DNA from: Phyllobates terribilis
Taxonomy: Eukaryota
NCBI RefSeq assembly: GCF_046119375.1
Contig: NW_027362761.1
Location: 803,520,001-803,584,000 of the forward strand
DNA length: 64,000 nucleotides
Direction of reading: 5' to 3'
The stretch's first letter is position 1. Each line of letters begins with the position of its first letter. The notes beneath the pieces were generated by a model. That model saw only the letters and a list, made by a program, of their open reading frames with translations, made no database searches and was not told the origin of the DNA. A program made the translations under genes and the position numbers. This document shows, in pieces, positions 31,601 to 41,200 of the stretch.

Positions 31601-34600
31601 TAGCATTGTGTATAAGACTTTTTAGAAATCTCCTGCTGAGAGCTGACCTGTGTTGTGGACTTAATTTGCAGCATGTCAATTTATATGGTGGGTGTTACCA
31701 GAGATTTCACAGAAATATATGTATTCCATTATGTCAGTGACGAGGGGGATGTGTTTGTTTTTCTGTTCCATTAGTTTTTTAGCAGATCAAGAATCATTTT
31801 ATTGTAACTACTTAGCTAGAATGTTAGACAAAAAAAGGCTGAATTAGTAAAATAACTATAAAACGTGCACCAAAATAAAAATGAGGCAAAAAAAAAATAA
31901 CGGTGTGAGTTACTCTTCTTGTATCGCCCATAGCTCCTGTCTCAGTTTGTTTCACCTCACACTGGTCGCATTTATGGAAGGCATATAACAGGTAATTCTC
32001 AGGAGGATATTTTAGATCAACTTTCTCTGAAATGTTATGAACTGTGGTTTTATTAAACATTTTTGTCAATGTATAAAATATCATACTCAGTTTTCAGGAT
32101 TGTGAATTCGTTGGGAACAGATTCTTGCTAGTAATGCTGCATGGCATCAATATATCTGGATGTCATCTTAACAGGGTTTTCTAGTACTAGGATACTGCTG
32201 CCCTGTCCTTAATGTAGGTCTTGAATATCCGATCAATGGCCATTACACAGTGTGACAGAGCTGTGGTGGTCTGCTCCGTCACACTTATTACACCCAGAGC
32301 TGGTAACAGCTGATTGGAGGTGCCAAACCCATATTGATGACAGGGATAGGTCATCAATATTACAGCAATGAAAAAAACTTTTAAAAGTGGTTGTCCAGGT
32401 TTGGGATGAAAGTCTGCAGTCACGCAATGTGACTGTAGACTTCTGAATACTCACAGCGCACGCACTGCACATGGTCAGGATTCTCCGGTACCAGCGCAAG
32501 AGCGGGCGGTCATGTGACCACTAGTATGCGATTTGCATATTTCCAGACACATTCTGACTAGATGTGCGCAGTCTTGTTTAATACAAGTGAATTGAGCAAG
32601 AACAAGCACATCTAATTGGCACGCGATTGCCCGCAACGGAGAATCCTGAGTATGTTCGATGCACACGCTGTGAGGATACAGAAGTCTGAAATCACCTACT
32701 GACTGCAGTTTTTCATCCCAAACCTGGACAATTCCTTTAAGGAAAATGAACGTCATATAGAGAAGTTTTCCCACTTGAGGCTCCCCTGTGATGATATGGC
32801 CAGATCAGTTGATCTCTGTGGTGGATTTCAGATTTAGGCCACGTTCACACGTTCAATATTGAGTCAGCATTTTACATCAGTATTTGTAAGCCAAATCCAG
32901 GAGAGGGTGAAAAAACGGTAATTAGTTTTACCGGTAATTTTATTTCCAGGAGTCCATCCTGACAGCACCATGGAGGACGTCCTTCTTATCCTTTCAGAGA
33001 CAGGAAACACAGAGAGGTTAAAAGCCCTCCCCTTCCTCCACCCCTCAGTGTTATTTCTAAGTACCACACCAGGATGGTTGCAACAAACAGAACATTTTTA
33101 TTACAATTCTATATGCCAATGTTACTTAACACTGTATATGACATGAAAGAGAGGGAACTAACTGTGCTGTCAGGATGGACTCCTGGAAACACAATTACCG
33201 GTAAGACTAATTACTGTTTTCCAGGACGTCCCCCTGACAGAACCATGGAGAATACCAAAGTATTGAGTTGGGGTGGGACCACCGCATGGAGAACTTTCCT
33301 ACCAAAAGCCATTCTCTGACTGGCTAAAACATCTAGCTTGTAATGTCTAGAAAATGTACTTAGGTTAGACCAGTGTTTCCCAAACTCCAGTCCTCACGGC
33401 CCCCCACAGGTCATGTTTTCAGGATTTCTATAGTATTGCACAGATGAGAGAATTCCTGATACCTTGATGATACTTTCCATCACCTGTGCAATACTATGGA
33501 AATCCTGAAAACATGACCTGTGGGGTCCGTGAGGACTTGAATTTGGGAAACACTGGGTTAGACCAAGTTGTGGCCGTACATATCTGCTCCATCGAGGGCC
33601 CCCCCCCCTTTCTCCGCCCAAGAAGTGACCATTGATCGAGTCGAATGAGCCCTCAACTCAACAGGAGGGATCGTTCTTTCTGCTGAATAGGCTAGAACTA
33701 TTGTAGACTTAATCCACCTGGCAACTGTCTTTTTTGACGCTTTTTTTACCTTTATTTCTACCCACAAACTGGACAAACAGGTTGTGATCCTGTCTCCAAC
33801 CCTGGGTGGCCTTTAACCACTTTACAGCCTGTGCCATATTTGTACGCAACAGGCTGTAACCCCCGGTTCAGTGAGGGCTCCGGCGCTGAGCCCGCACTGA
33901 ACCGGGCACATGTCAGCTGGTTATTACAGCTGACATGTGCCCGCAGCAACCGCGGGTGGAATCGCGATCCACCCGCGGCTGTTAACCAGTTAAATGCCGC
34001 TGCCAATCTCTGACAGCGGCATTTAACATCGCCGCGCTGGAAGCGCGTCACTTACCCCGCCCATCGGTGACCCCGTCACGTGATCGCGGGTCACCAATGT
34101 GTGGGCATGACAACCCTGGGTCTGCAGCAGACTGCAGTGGTTGTCATGAGCGGATCACTATGAGCGCCACCTAGTGGTCGGCGCTCATAGCACAGGACCA
34201 TTTCTGCTACATAGAGGTGATCTTCTGATCACCTCTATGTAGCAGAGGCGATCAGACAAGTGATGCTTCTAGTCTCCTATGGAGACTATAGAAACAAGCA
34301 TAAAGTGAAAAAAAAAAATGTTTTTTAAAAAAATATAAAAGTTTAAATCACTCCACTCAAAATAAAATAAAAAAAAACACATACACATATTTGGTATCTC
34401 TGCGTTCAGAATCGCCTGATCTATCAATATAAAAAAATAATTAATCCGATCGGTAAACGGCATAACGAGAAAAAAATTCTAAAAGCCAGAATTACTTTTT
34501 TTGGGTTGCCTCAACATTGCAATAAAATGCAAAACATCTGATCTACCCCAAAATGGTATCAATAAGAACTTCAGCTCGGTGCGCAAAAAATAAGCCCTCA

Positions 34601-37540
34601 TCCGGCCCCAGATCCCAAAAAATGGAGACGCTACGGGTCTTGGAAAATGGCGCCATTTTTTTTCACCACTTAAATAAAAAAGAACCTATACAGTTATATG
34701 AAAAAGTTTGGGCACCCCTATTAATCTTAAGCTTAATGTTTTATAAAAATTGGTGTTTTTGCAACAGCTATTTCAGTTTGATATATGTAATAACTGTTGG
34801 ACACAGTAATGTTTCTGCCTTGAATTGATGTTTATTGTACTAACAGAAAATGTGCAATCTGCATTCAAACAAAATTTGACAGGTGCATAAGTATGGGCAC
34901 CTCACCAGAAAAGTGACATTAATATTTAGTAGATCCTCCTTTTGCAAAAATAACAGCCTCAAGTCGCTTCCTGTAGCTTTTAATGAGTTCCTGGATCCTG
35001 GATGAAGGTATTTTTGACCATTCCTCTTTACAAAACAATTCCAGTTCAGTTAAGTTTGATGGTCGCCGAGCATGGACAGCCCTCTTCAAATGATCCCACA
35101 GATGTTCAATGATATTCAGGTCTGGGGACTGGGATGGCCATTCCAGAACATTGTAATTGTTCCTCTGCATGAATGCCAGAGTAGATTTGGAGCGGTGTTT
35201 TGGATCATTGTCTTGCTGAAAGATCCATCCCCTGCGTAACTTCAACTTTGTCACTGATTCTTGAACATTATTGTCAAGAATCTGCTGATACTGAGTGGAA
35301 TCCATGCGTCCCTCAACTTTAACAAGATTCCCGGTGCCGGCATTGGCCACACAGCCCCAAAGCATGATGGAACCTCCACCAAATTTTACTGTGGGTAGCA
35401 AGTGTTTTTCTTGGAATGCTGTGTTTTTTTTCCGCCATGCATAACGCCTTTTTGTATGACCAAACAACTCAATCTTTTTTTCATCAGTCCTCAGGACATT
35501 CTTCCAAAAAGAAATTGGCTTCTCCAAATGTGCTTTTGCATACCTCAGCCGACTCTGTTTGTGGCATGCTTGCAGAAACGGCTTCTTTCGCATCACTCTC
35601 CCATACAGCTTCTCCTTGTGCAAAGTGCGTTGTATAGTTGACCGATGCACAGTGACACCATCTGCAGCAAGTTGATGTTGCAGCTCTCTGGAGGTGGTCT
35701 GAGGATTGTCCTTGACTGATCTCACCATTCTTCTCTGCCTTTCTGATGTTTTTCTTGGCCTGACACTTCTGGCCTTAACAAGAACTGTCCCTGTGTTCTT
35801 CCATTTCCTTACTATGTTCCTCACAGTGGAAACTGACAGGTTAAATCTCTGAGACAGCTTTTTGTATCCTTCCCCTGAACAACTATGTTGAATAATCTTT
35901 GTTTTCAGATCATTTGACAGTTGTTTTGAGGAGCCCATGATGCCACTCTTCAGAGGAGATTCAAACAGGAGAACAACTTGCAAGTGGCCACTTTAAGTAG
36001 CTTTTCTCATGATTGCATACACCTGGCTATGAAGTTCAAAGCTCAATGAGGTTACAAAACCAAAAAAAGTGCTCTAGTAAGTCAGTAAAAAGTAGGTAGG
36101 AGTATTTAAAACAAGAAAATGATAAGGGTGCCCATACTTATGCACCTGTCAAATTTTGTTTGAATGCAGATTGCACATTTTCTGTTAGTACAATAAACCT
36201 CATTTCAAGGCAGAAACATTACTGTGTCCAACAGTTATTACATATATCAAACTGAAATAGCTGTTGCAAAAACACCAATTTTTATAAAACATTAAGCTTA
36301 AGATTAATAGGGGTGCCCAAACTTTTTCATATAACTGTATATGTTTGGTGTCTATGAACTCGTAATGACCTGGACAATAATAATGGCAGGTCAGTTTTAG
36401 CATTCAGTGAAAGTGGTAAAAAAAATAAAAAAACATCTGTGGTATTGCACTTTTTTTGCAATTTCACCGCACTTGGATTTTTTTTTCCCGTTTTCCCGTA
36501 CACAATATGGTAAAACTAGTAATGGCATTGAAAAGTACAACTTGTCCCGTAAAAAATAAGCCCTCACAAGGCCTTATTGACCAAAAAATAAAAACGCTAT
36601 CGCTCTGGGAACAAGGGGAGCAAAAACAAAAATGCAAAAACTGAAAATCCCAGGGTTGCGAAGGGGTTAAATAAGCGATGACTGCTTGCCTAACATCCAG
36701 GGAATGGAAGAAGGCTTCTTTTTGATTTTTAGGATTCTGACAAAAGGACGGAAGTACGCAGGCTGCTTCACAGGAGGAAGGAGAGGTTCTGCGCTGGCCG
36801 GTCCCCTGAGCCCGCACACAGGTACGCTCTTCTGCGCACATCACCTCTCTGTTCCCATTCTCACAGGGACAGGAAAAACACTGAGGGGTGGACGAAGGGG
36901 AGGGCTTTTAACCCCTCTGTGTTTCCTTTCCCTGAAAGGATAAGAAGGACGTCCTCCATGGTGCTGTCAGGGGGACATCCTGAAAATACAGAAATGGTGC
37001 ACGTGTTTCTATTATCCTTTTCCTGATTGCTCCACTCTTGATTTTGGCTTACAAATACTGATCGTGTGAACGTGGCCTTGAAAGGTTGTCTGTGAAGAGA
37101 AACCTTATGTTGTGGTCGCAGTTTAACTGCAAATATCTTCCATTGGAGAAAAAGTTGCAAGTGTTTTTTGCAAATCTTTCCTCTTTGGGAGTAATTTAAT
37201 GGGCATTATAGCTATAAGTTTCAGTCACTGTACAGCCTTAAGCCTTAGTGGTATTTCTATCTCAATATATAGCAAGGCTGTGTTGACACGTTGCTGGCTG
37301 TTGGTGAAATTGTATATAACCATTGCACTGTTACTTCTTTTACAGGGTTATGTGGTCTGAAACAAAGGGCAGTAGCAAAAGCCATTAAAAGAGCGAATAT
37401 TATGGGTAAGTTATAGTTTGCGTCTTTTTCTTCCCTTCATGATTTTGTACATAACGCATGAAATTTGTCTTCTAGGGTTTATGCCAGTCACATACAAGGA
37501 CCCTGCCTACCTCAAAGACCCAAAGATTTGTGATGTTTAA
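13570..37540 (+). CDS. MRPS18C: Mitochondrial ribosomal protein S18C (bS18m), 128 aa; exons 13570-13651, 16987-17024, 20176-20259, 31934-31991, 37346-37405, 37476-37540
   Basis: Joined CDS is 387 nt and open: [129 protein letters not shown]18 signature with CxxC; AATAAA at 37553-37558. Confidence 0.93.
14702..15648. mobile_element. Solo LTR (947 bp)
   Basis: TGTAA...TTACA termini; 4-bp flanks AAAG/TAAG (TSD with one mismatch); the array resumes exactly after it. Confidence 0.75.
16987..17024 (+). CDS. MRPS18C: MRPS18C exon ([12 protein letters not shown])
   Basis: TTCTTCTTTTCCTAG acceptor and GTAAAG donor; phase 1 to 0. Confidence 0.8.
17398..18958 (+). mobile_element. Tc1 element with open DD34E transposase ORF (17675-18700, 341 aa)
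   Basis: Identical 28-bp TIRs CACTGCTCAAAAAAATAAAGGGAACACT; TA flanks; FTDE...QDN-34-E. Confidence 0.95.
19030..19348. mobile_element. hAT-type MITE
   Basis: Same family as 11742; exact TSD CTTTGCAG. Confidence 0.85.
20176..20259 (+). CDS. MRPS18C: MRPS18C exon ([28 protein letters not shown])
   Basis: 84 nt with CxxC; GTATGT donor. Confidence 0.95.
23118..26221 (-). mobile_element. Tc1 element C nested in B (3' part of transposase deleted)
   Basis: TA|CAACCCCTGGCAAA...TTTGCCAGGGGTTG|TA; ORFs 24942-25644 ([17 protein letters not shown]). Confidence 0.88.
23296..24924. mobile_element. Two Harbinger-like non-autonomous elements in tandem (23296-24220, 24224-24924) nested in C
   Basis: G(G/A)CT(A/G)TGTGCCCAC termini; TAA at 23293-95, 24221-23 and 24925-27. 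Confidence 0.75.
26913..27558 (-). mobile_element. 5'-truncated CR1-type LINE 3' end
   Basis: [11 protein letters not shown]...[11 protein letters not shown]2 C-terminus; (CTATGTTA)n-type tail at 26913-26926; possible TSD AAATT. Confidence 0.85.
27624..28001. mobile_element. Near-perfect palindromic Kolobok/T2-type MITE
   Basis: TTAA|AGGGGTATTCCCATCTCCAAG...CTTGGAGATGGGAATACCCCT|TTAA. Confidence 0.88.
29570..30403. mobile_element. piggyBac-like non-autonomous element fragment
   Basis: Ends AAGGGG|TTAA; homologous to the copies at 33817 and 49258; left edge approximate. Confidence 0.7.
30408..30944. mobile_element. Kolobok/T2-type MITE
   Basis: TTAA|AGGGGTTTTCCCA...GGGAAAATGCCT|TTAA; partial copy near 56215-56650. 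Confidence 0.75.
31934..31991 (+). CDS. MRPS18C: MRPS18C exon ([19 protein letters not shown])
   Basis: 58 nt S18 core; AG/GT boundaries. Confidence 0.95.
32385..32736. mobile_element. Kolobok/T2-type MITE
   Basis: TTAA flanks; GTCCAGGTTTGGGATGAAA / TTTCATCCCAAACCTGGAC arms. Confidence 0.7.
33371..33555. mobile_element. hAT-type MITE inside the mini-DIRS
   Basis: CAGTGTTTCCCAAA TIRs; exact 8-bp TSD GGTTAGAC. Confidence 0.88.
33817..36666. mobile_element. piggyBac-like non-autonomous element inside the mini-DIRS
   Basis: TTAA at 33813-16 and 36667-70; removing it restores the recombinase frame (AYL-KATQGW). Confidence 0.82.
34691..36337 (-). mobile_element. Young Tc1 element with open DD34E transposase (ATG 35938 to stop 34919, 339 aa) and ~210-bp TIRs
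   Basis: TA TSD on both sides; TIRs differ at about 2 positions; TDE...QDN-34-E. Confidence 0.95.
37346..37405 (+). CDS. MRPS18C: MRPS18C exon ([21 protein letters not shown])
   Basis: 60 nt; GTAAGT donor. Confidence 0.95.
37476..37540 (+). CDS. MRPS18C: MRPS18C last coding exon ([20 protein letters not shown])
   Basis: Follows a 70-nt intron; TAA at 37538-37540. Confidence 0.95.
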
Positions 37541-37552
37541 TACGTTTTTGTT

Positions 37553-37591
37553 AATAAAAGATTGCTTTGGCAATATTTGTGAGGATTTATT
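37553..37591. terminator. Convergent polyadenylation signals: AATAAA (+, 37553-37558, MRPS18C) and AATAAA (-, 37586-37591, ABRAXAS1)
   Basis: Both hexamers read directly, each downstream of its gene's stop codon. Confidence 0.65.
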
Positions 37592-37880
37592 GACCATGGG
37601 AACCTTAACCCTATTTAACTATTAATATTAGCAAAGGAATTCATTATCAGTCAAAACACCAAGGTGAGAAGATAAATTTGTTGGTTTTAAGTTATCCATC
37701 CTCGCAACAAACTCATGATGGAGACCAGTAAAAAATGGAAAATATCAACCACTTCAGTATATTTGGCATATAAAAACTAATTTTACTCCTGCAACTAAAA
37801 AACATGTTCTTTTAAAGCAGAACTTGCTGTAAGAAGAGATTAGCTCACATCTCAGGTCCTGCCATTGCTATTTGAAACTA

Positions 37881-38278
37881 CTAAAATGTGGGGGATTGTG
37901 AGCCCGTCCAGTCCATTCTCAGCTGCTCAGAGTCATCTGTTTCGGTGCCACTCTTCAACAGTATTCTGTCATCGGTGCTGGTCTTCTCTAGTGTGGTACT
38001 TCTTTTCGTCGCTCTTGGTAAACAGGCTTTCCTTTTTAGATGTGGTCTTTTTCGCTTGCCAGCTTTTTGCATAGAAACTTTACAGAGGTCACCAGGTTGA
38101 ATTACTAAGGTAAGATTATTCAGGTCAGAGCAGTTATGGTTGGTGTCACAGATGTGTGGTATGGTCTCCCCATTCACAGTGAGGGAAGAGGACTGTAAAA
38201 CAGCAAAATTTGGGAAAAACTTTCGCAAAGCTTGACACAGGAACACATTTTCTTCGGGGCTAGCTGATTCTTTCTTGC
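37881..38278 (-). CDS. ABRAXAS1: ABRAXAS1 last exon (...[14 protein letters not shown]...GSQSPTF*)
   Basis: 398 nt to TAG; ORF track 37881..38363. Confidence 0.96.
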
Positions 38279-41200
38279 CTACAATATAAAAGATGTAAAT
38301 ATTAAACCTATTGTAAGAACAAATGATAAACAAAATAGTTTTTTTTTCCTTCCTTCTGAACATTATTATACAGCCTTGTAAAGTTGATTGGTGGAAATCT
38401 TACTATTAGTGCCCTCAGCGGTTAGAGATTGTAGAGTTTGTGCAAGTACAGCAGCCTTTTCAGATGAGCTGAGGTTATGCCAGTAGCCAGATCCCCTATT
38501 GATTTACAACTTACCACCTCTTTAAGGGGGTTCTCTTAAAAGAATAGCATAGCCCAGCTATATGCTATTAAATTATGTGACAAGTGAGGGTTCAACTTCT
38601 GGAACTCCCATTGATTACAAGAATCAAAAGCCCACAGCACTAATTTATTGCAGCATCCACTTTTTTAAAGGAGAACAGACAGCTGTTCTTATCAAGTAGT
38701 GTTCAAAATGGACGGCGCAAGGATTAATGTATCATACAGACCAGGCATCAGTATGTACTAATAAAAGAAAAAAAGCAATATGCTAGTTAACATTTTTTTT
38801 ATTCCACTTGTCCCCAATATAGCCAATGGGTGGGTAGACCAAAATAAAAAACTGATAACTTACAGACATTGTTGTTATGGCATTGGTTATTAACAAATCC
38901 ATTGTAAGGATTACATAGGAAATGGTATTATATCTTTTATATAGTTGTGAATGCAAAACGTAGATGTAATAATAATATTTTTATTTATATAGTGCCAACA
39001 TATTCTGCAGCGCTTTACAATTCAGACAATTTACAGACATTATGGGCACTGTCTCCATTGGGGCTCACAATCTAGATTCCCTATCTGTATGTCTTTGGAG
39101 TGTGGGAGGAAACCGGAGAACCCGGAGGAAACCCACGCAAACACGGGGAGAACGTACAAACTCCTTGGTGGGATTTGAACCCCGGACCCCAGCGCTGCAA
39201 GGCTGCAGTGCTAACAACTGAGCCACCGTGTTGTGAAAAGAGGGCATACTAAACACTTTACAGGCGAAACATTTTCTCCATAACTTTTGCTGTGTTTCTT
39301 ATATATACACATATTGGTGGGGGCATTGCCTAGAACGGTGTACTGGGACAGATTGACTGTTGTCCTATGCAGTCATGGCTTTTTTTTTTTTTTTTAAGTT
39401 GCTTTTTAAGGGACTCTTGTCAGCCCAGAATGACTGTTCAAACCATGTACAGGTGCTCGGTGCATCTTGGCATGGACACACATTTATATGCACCTTCCCA
39501 CCTACTTTCCATCTATCTCTACCATTCTCTGGCTCTATGAAGCCAGAGCTGTCAATCAAAGAACAGGGGAGCAGAGAAAAGGAAAACAAGCAGGTGGGAA
39601 GGTGTATATAAATGATTGGCCCCACCGTGAAGCACAAAGCAGCGGTACTTTGTCAGCAAAGAGTGACAGTTCTAACCATGTCTCTTTAACTTAGATGGAT
39701 TTAGTCTCGTTTGCCTTTTAATACAATTATACAGACCAATCTGTCAGCAGGTTTTTGCAAATTTAATTTGAGAACCGCATAATGTAGGAGCAGAGAGCCT
39801 GATTCCTGGGAAATGTCACTTGCTCAACAGCTTACTGTAGTCTCAATACAATCTGTGTTTTATCAGCAGGAGATTATCACGGCAAAACTAGCTATGACAT
39901 GCGAGGTAGCCCATCTAATCGCCCCCACCGCTGATTGACAGCTTACTAACAATGTACAGTGTAAACAGGAAGCTGCCAATCAGGGCGGTGGGTGGGGTTA
40001 TACACCGCTCCGCATTCTGGGCACTGTTACAGCTACAACAAGGGTTTTTATCAAAACTGCACTAAGCAGCCCAGTAAGTAATGCATCCCAGGAATCAGGC
40101 TCTCTGTCCCTATATCATGCAGCTAAGATTACATAGCAAAAACCTGCTGATAGATTCCCTTTAATATACTTGGGGTGACCTGGACTTACTTTCTCGAGGA
40201 TGTTGATATCTGCAACATATCAATTTCTGCTGTAAGTTTTACGGTGTGGACATACCCTAAAAGTCCGAAACTTTGCAATTTTTGTTGATGATTTAATGAG
40301 CTAAACCAATCTCGTATATCTGTATGGACCACCATTTCTAGACCCGCCATGAGTCTCCTGACCTGAACTCAGACTTCTAAGCACATATAAGGCTGTTGTG
40401 TCCTGGTCTGGAGACACATGAACGGTCCAGACATTGCGGCTTGCACACAGACAGTAAATGACTCCTGTGTAACCAGCCTTAATAAGGGGTCTGGCTTCAA
40501 GACAGCTCAGGACGCTGTCATATAAAAGTATTAACACTTACCTTCCTGACCCCAGCCTCTACAACCATTCCCTGTACTTCCTGCTCTGTCTTGAAGGACA
40601 TGACCACTGCAGCCAATCAATAACCGCATCCGTAGCCAAGATATCACTACTAGTGTCAATGATTGGCTACTGTGATACTAAAGAGACCGGTGGGAGGAAT
40701 CATAACATAAGTGACTGGAAGTAAGGTGAATATTACTACTTATAATTTTCCAACATTCTTTACAACACTTTAACACATTCTAAAGAAGCCATAAATACTA
40801 CAATGATAAACTGTAAAACTAAATCCTTGTAAAATCTTACAGTTACCATGTTTATGAAGTTGTAGCTTCTTTTTTGCAATTTGCATCTTCAGCTGGTTAA
40901 CTTGCTGCAATAGTTTTTCTACAAAATTTTCACTGTCTGCCACACGACTGCAAGTTTCCTGTAAAGGGAAGAGATCACAAATAATTACACAGACTGTCGG
41001 CCAATGATTAACCCCTTCCCAACCTTGCTATTTTCGGTTTTGTTTTTTTCCTCCCCTATTCCAAGAGCCATTACATTTTTAATTTTTCCATCCACACAGC
41101 CGTATGAGGGCTTATTTTATTGCAGGACGAATTGTACTTTAGAATGACACCATTCATTCTACCACATAGTGAACAGGAAAACGGGGAAAATATTCTAAGT

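Larger units (their letters stand above)
32916..36985 (-). mobile_element. Internally deleted (mini) DIRS1-type element with nested insertions
   Basis: Inverted terminal repeats at ~32916-33060 and ~36850-36985; ICR at ~33165-33250; tyrosine recombinase C-terminus (HSLDVR...RAHSTR) split at a TTAA. Confidence 0.82.
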
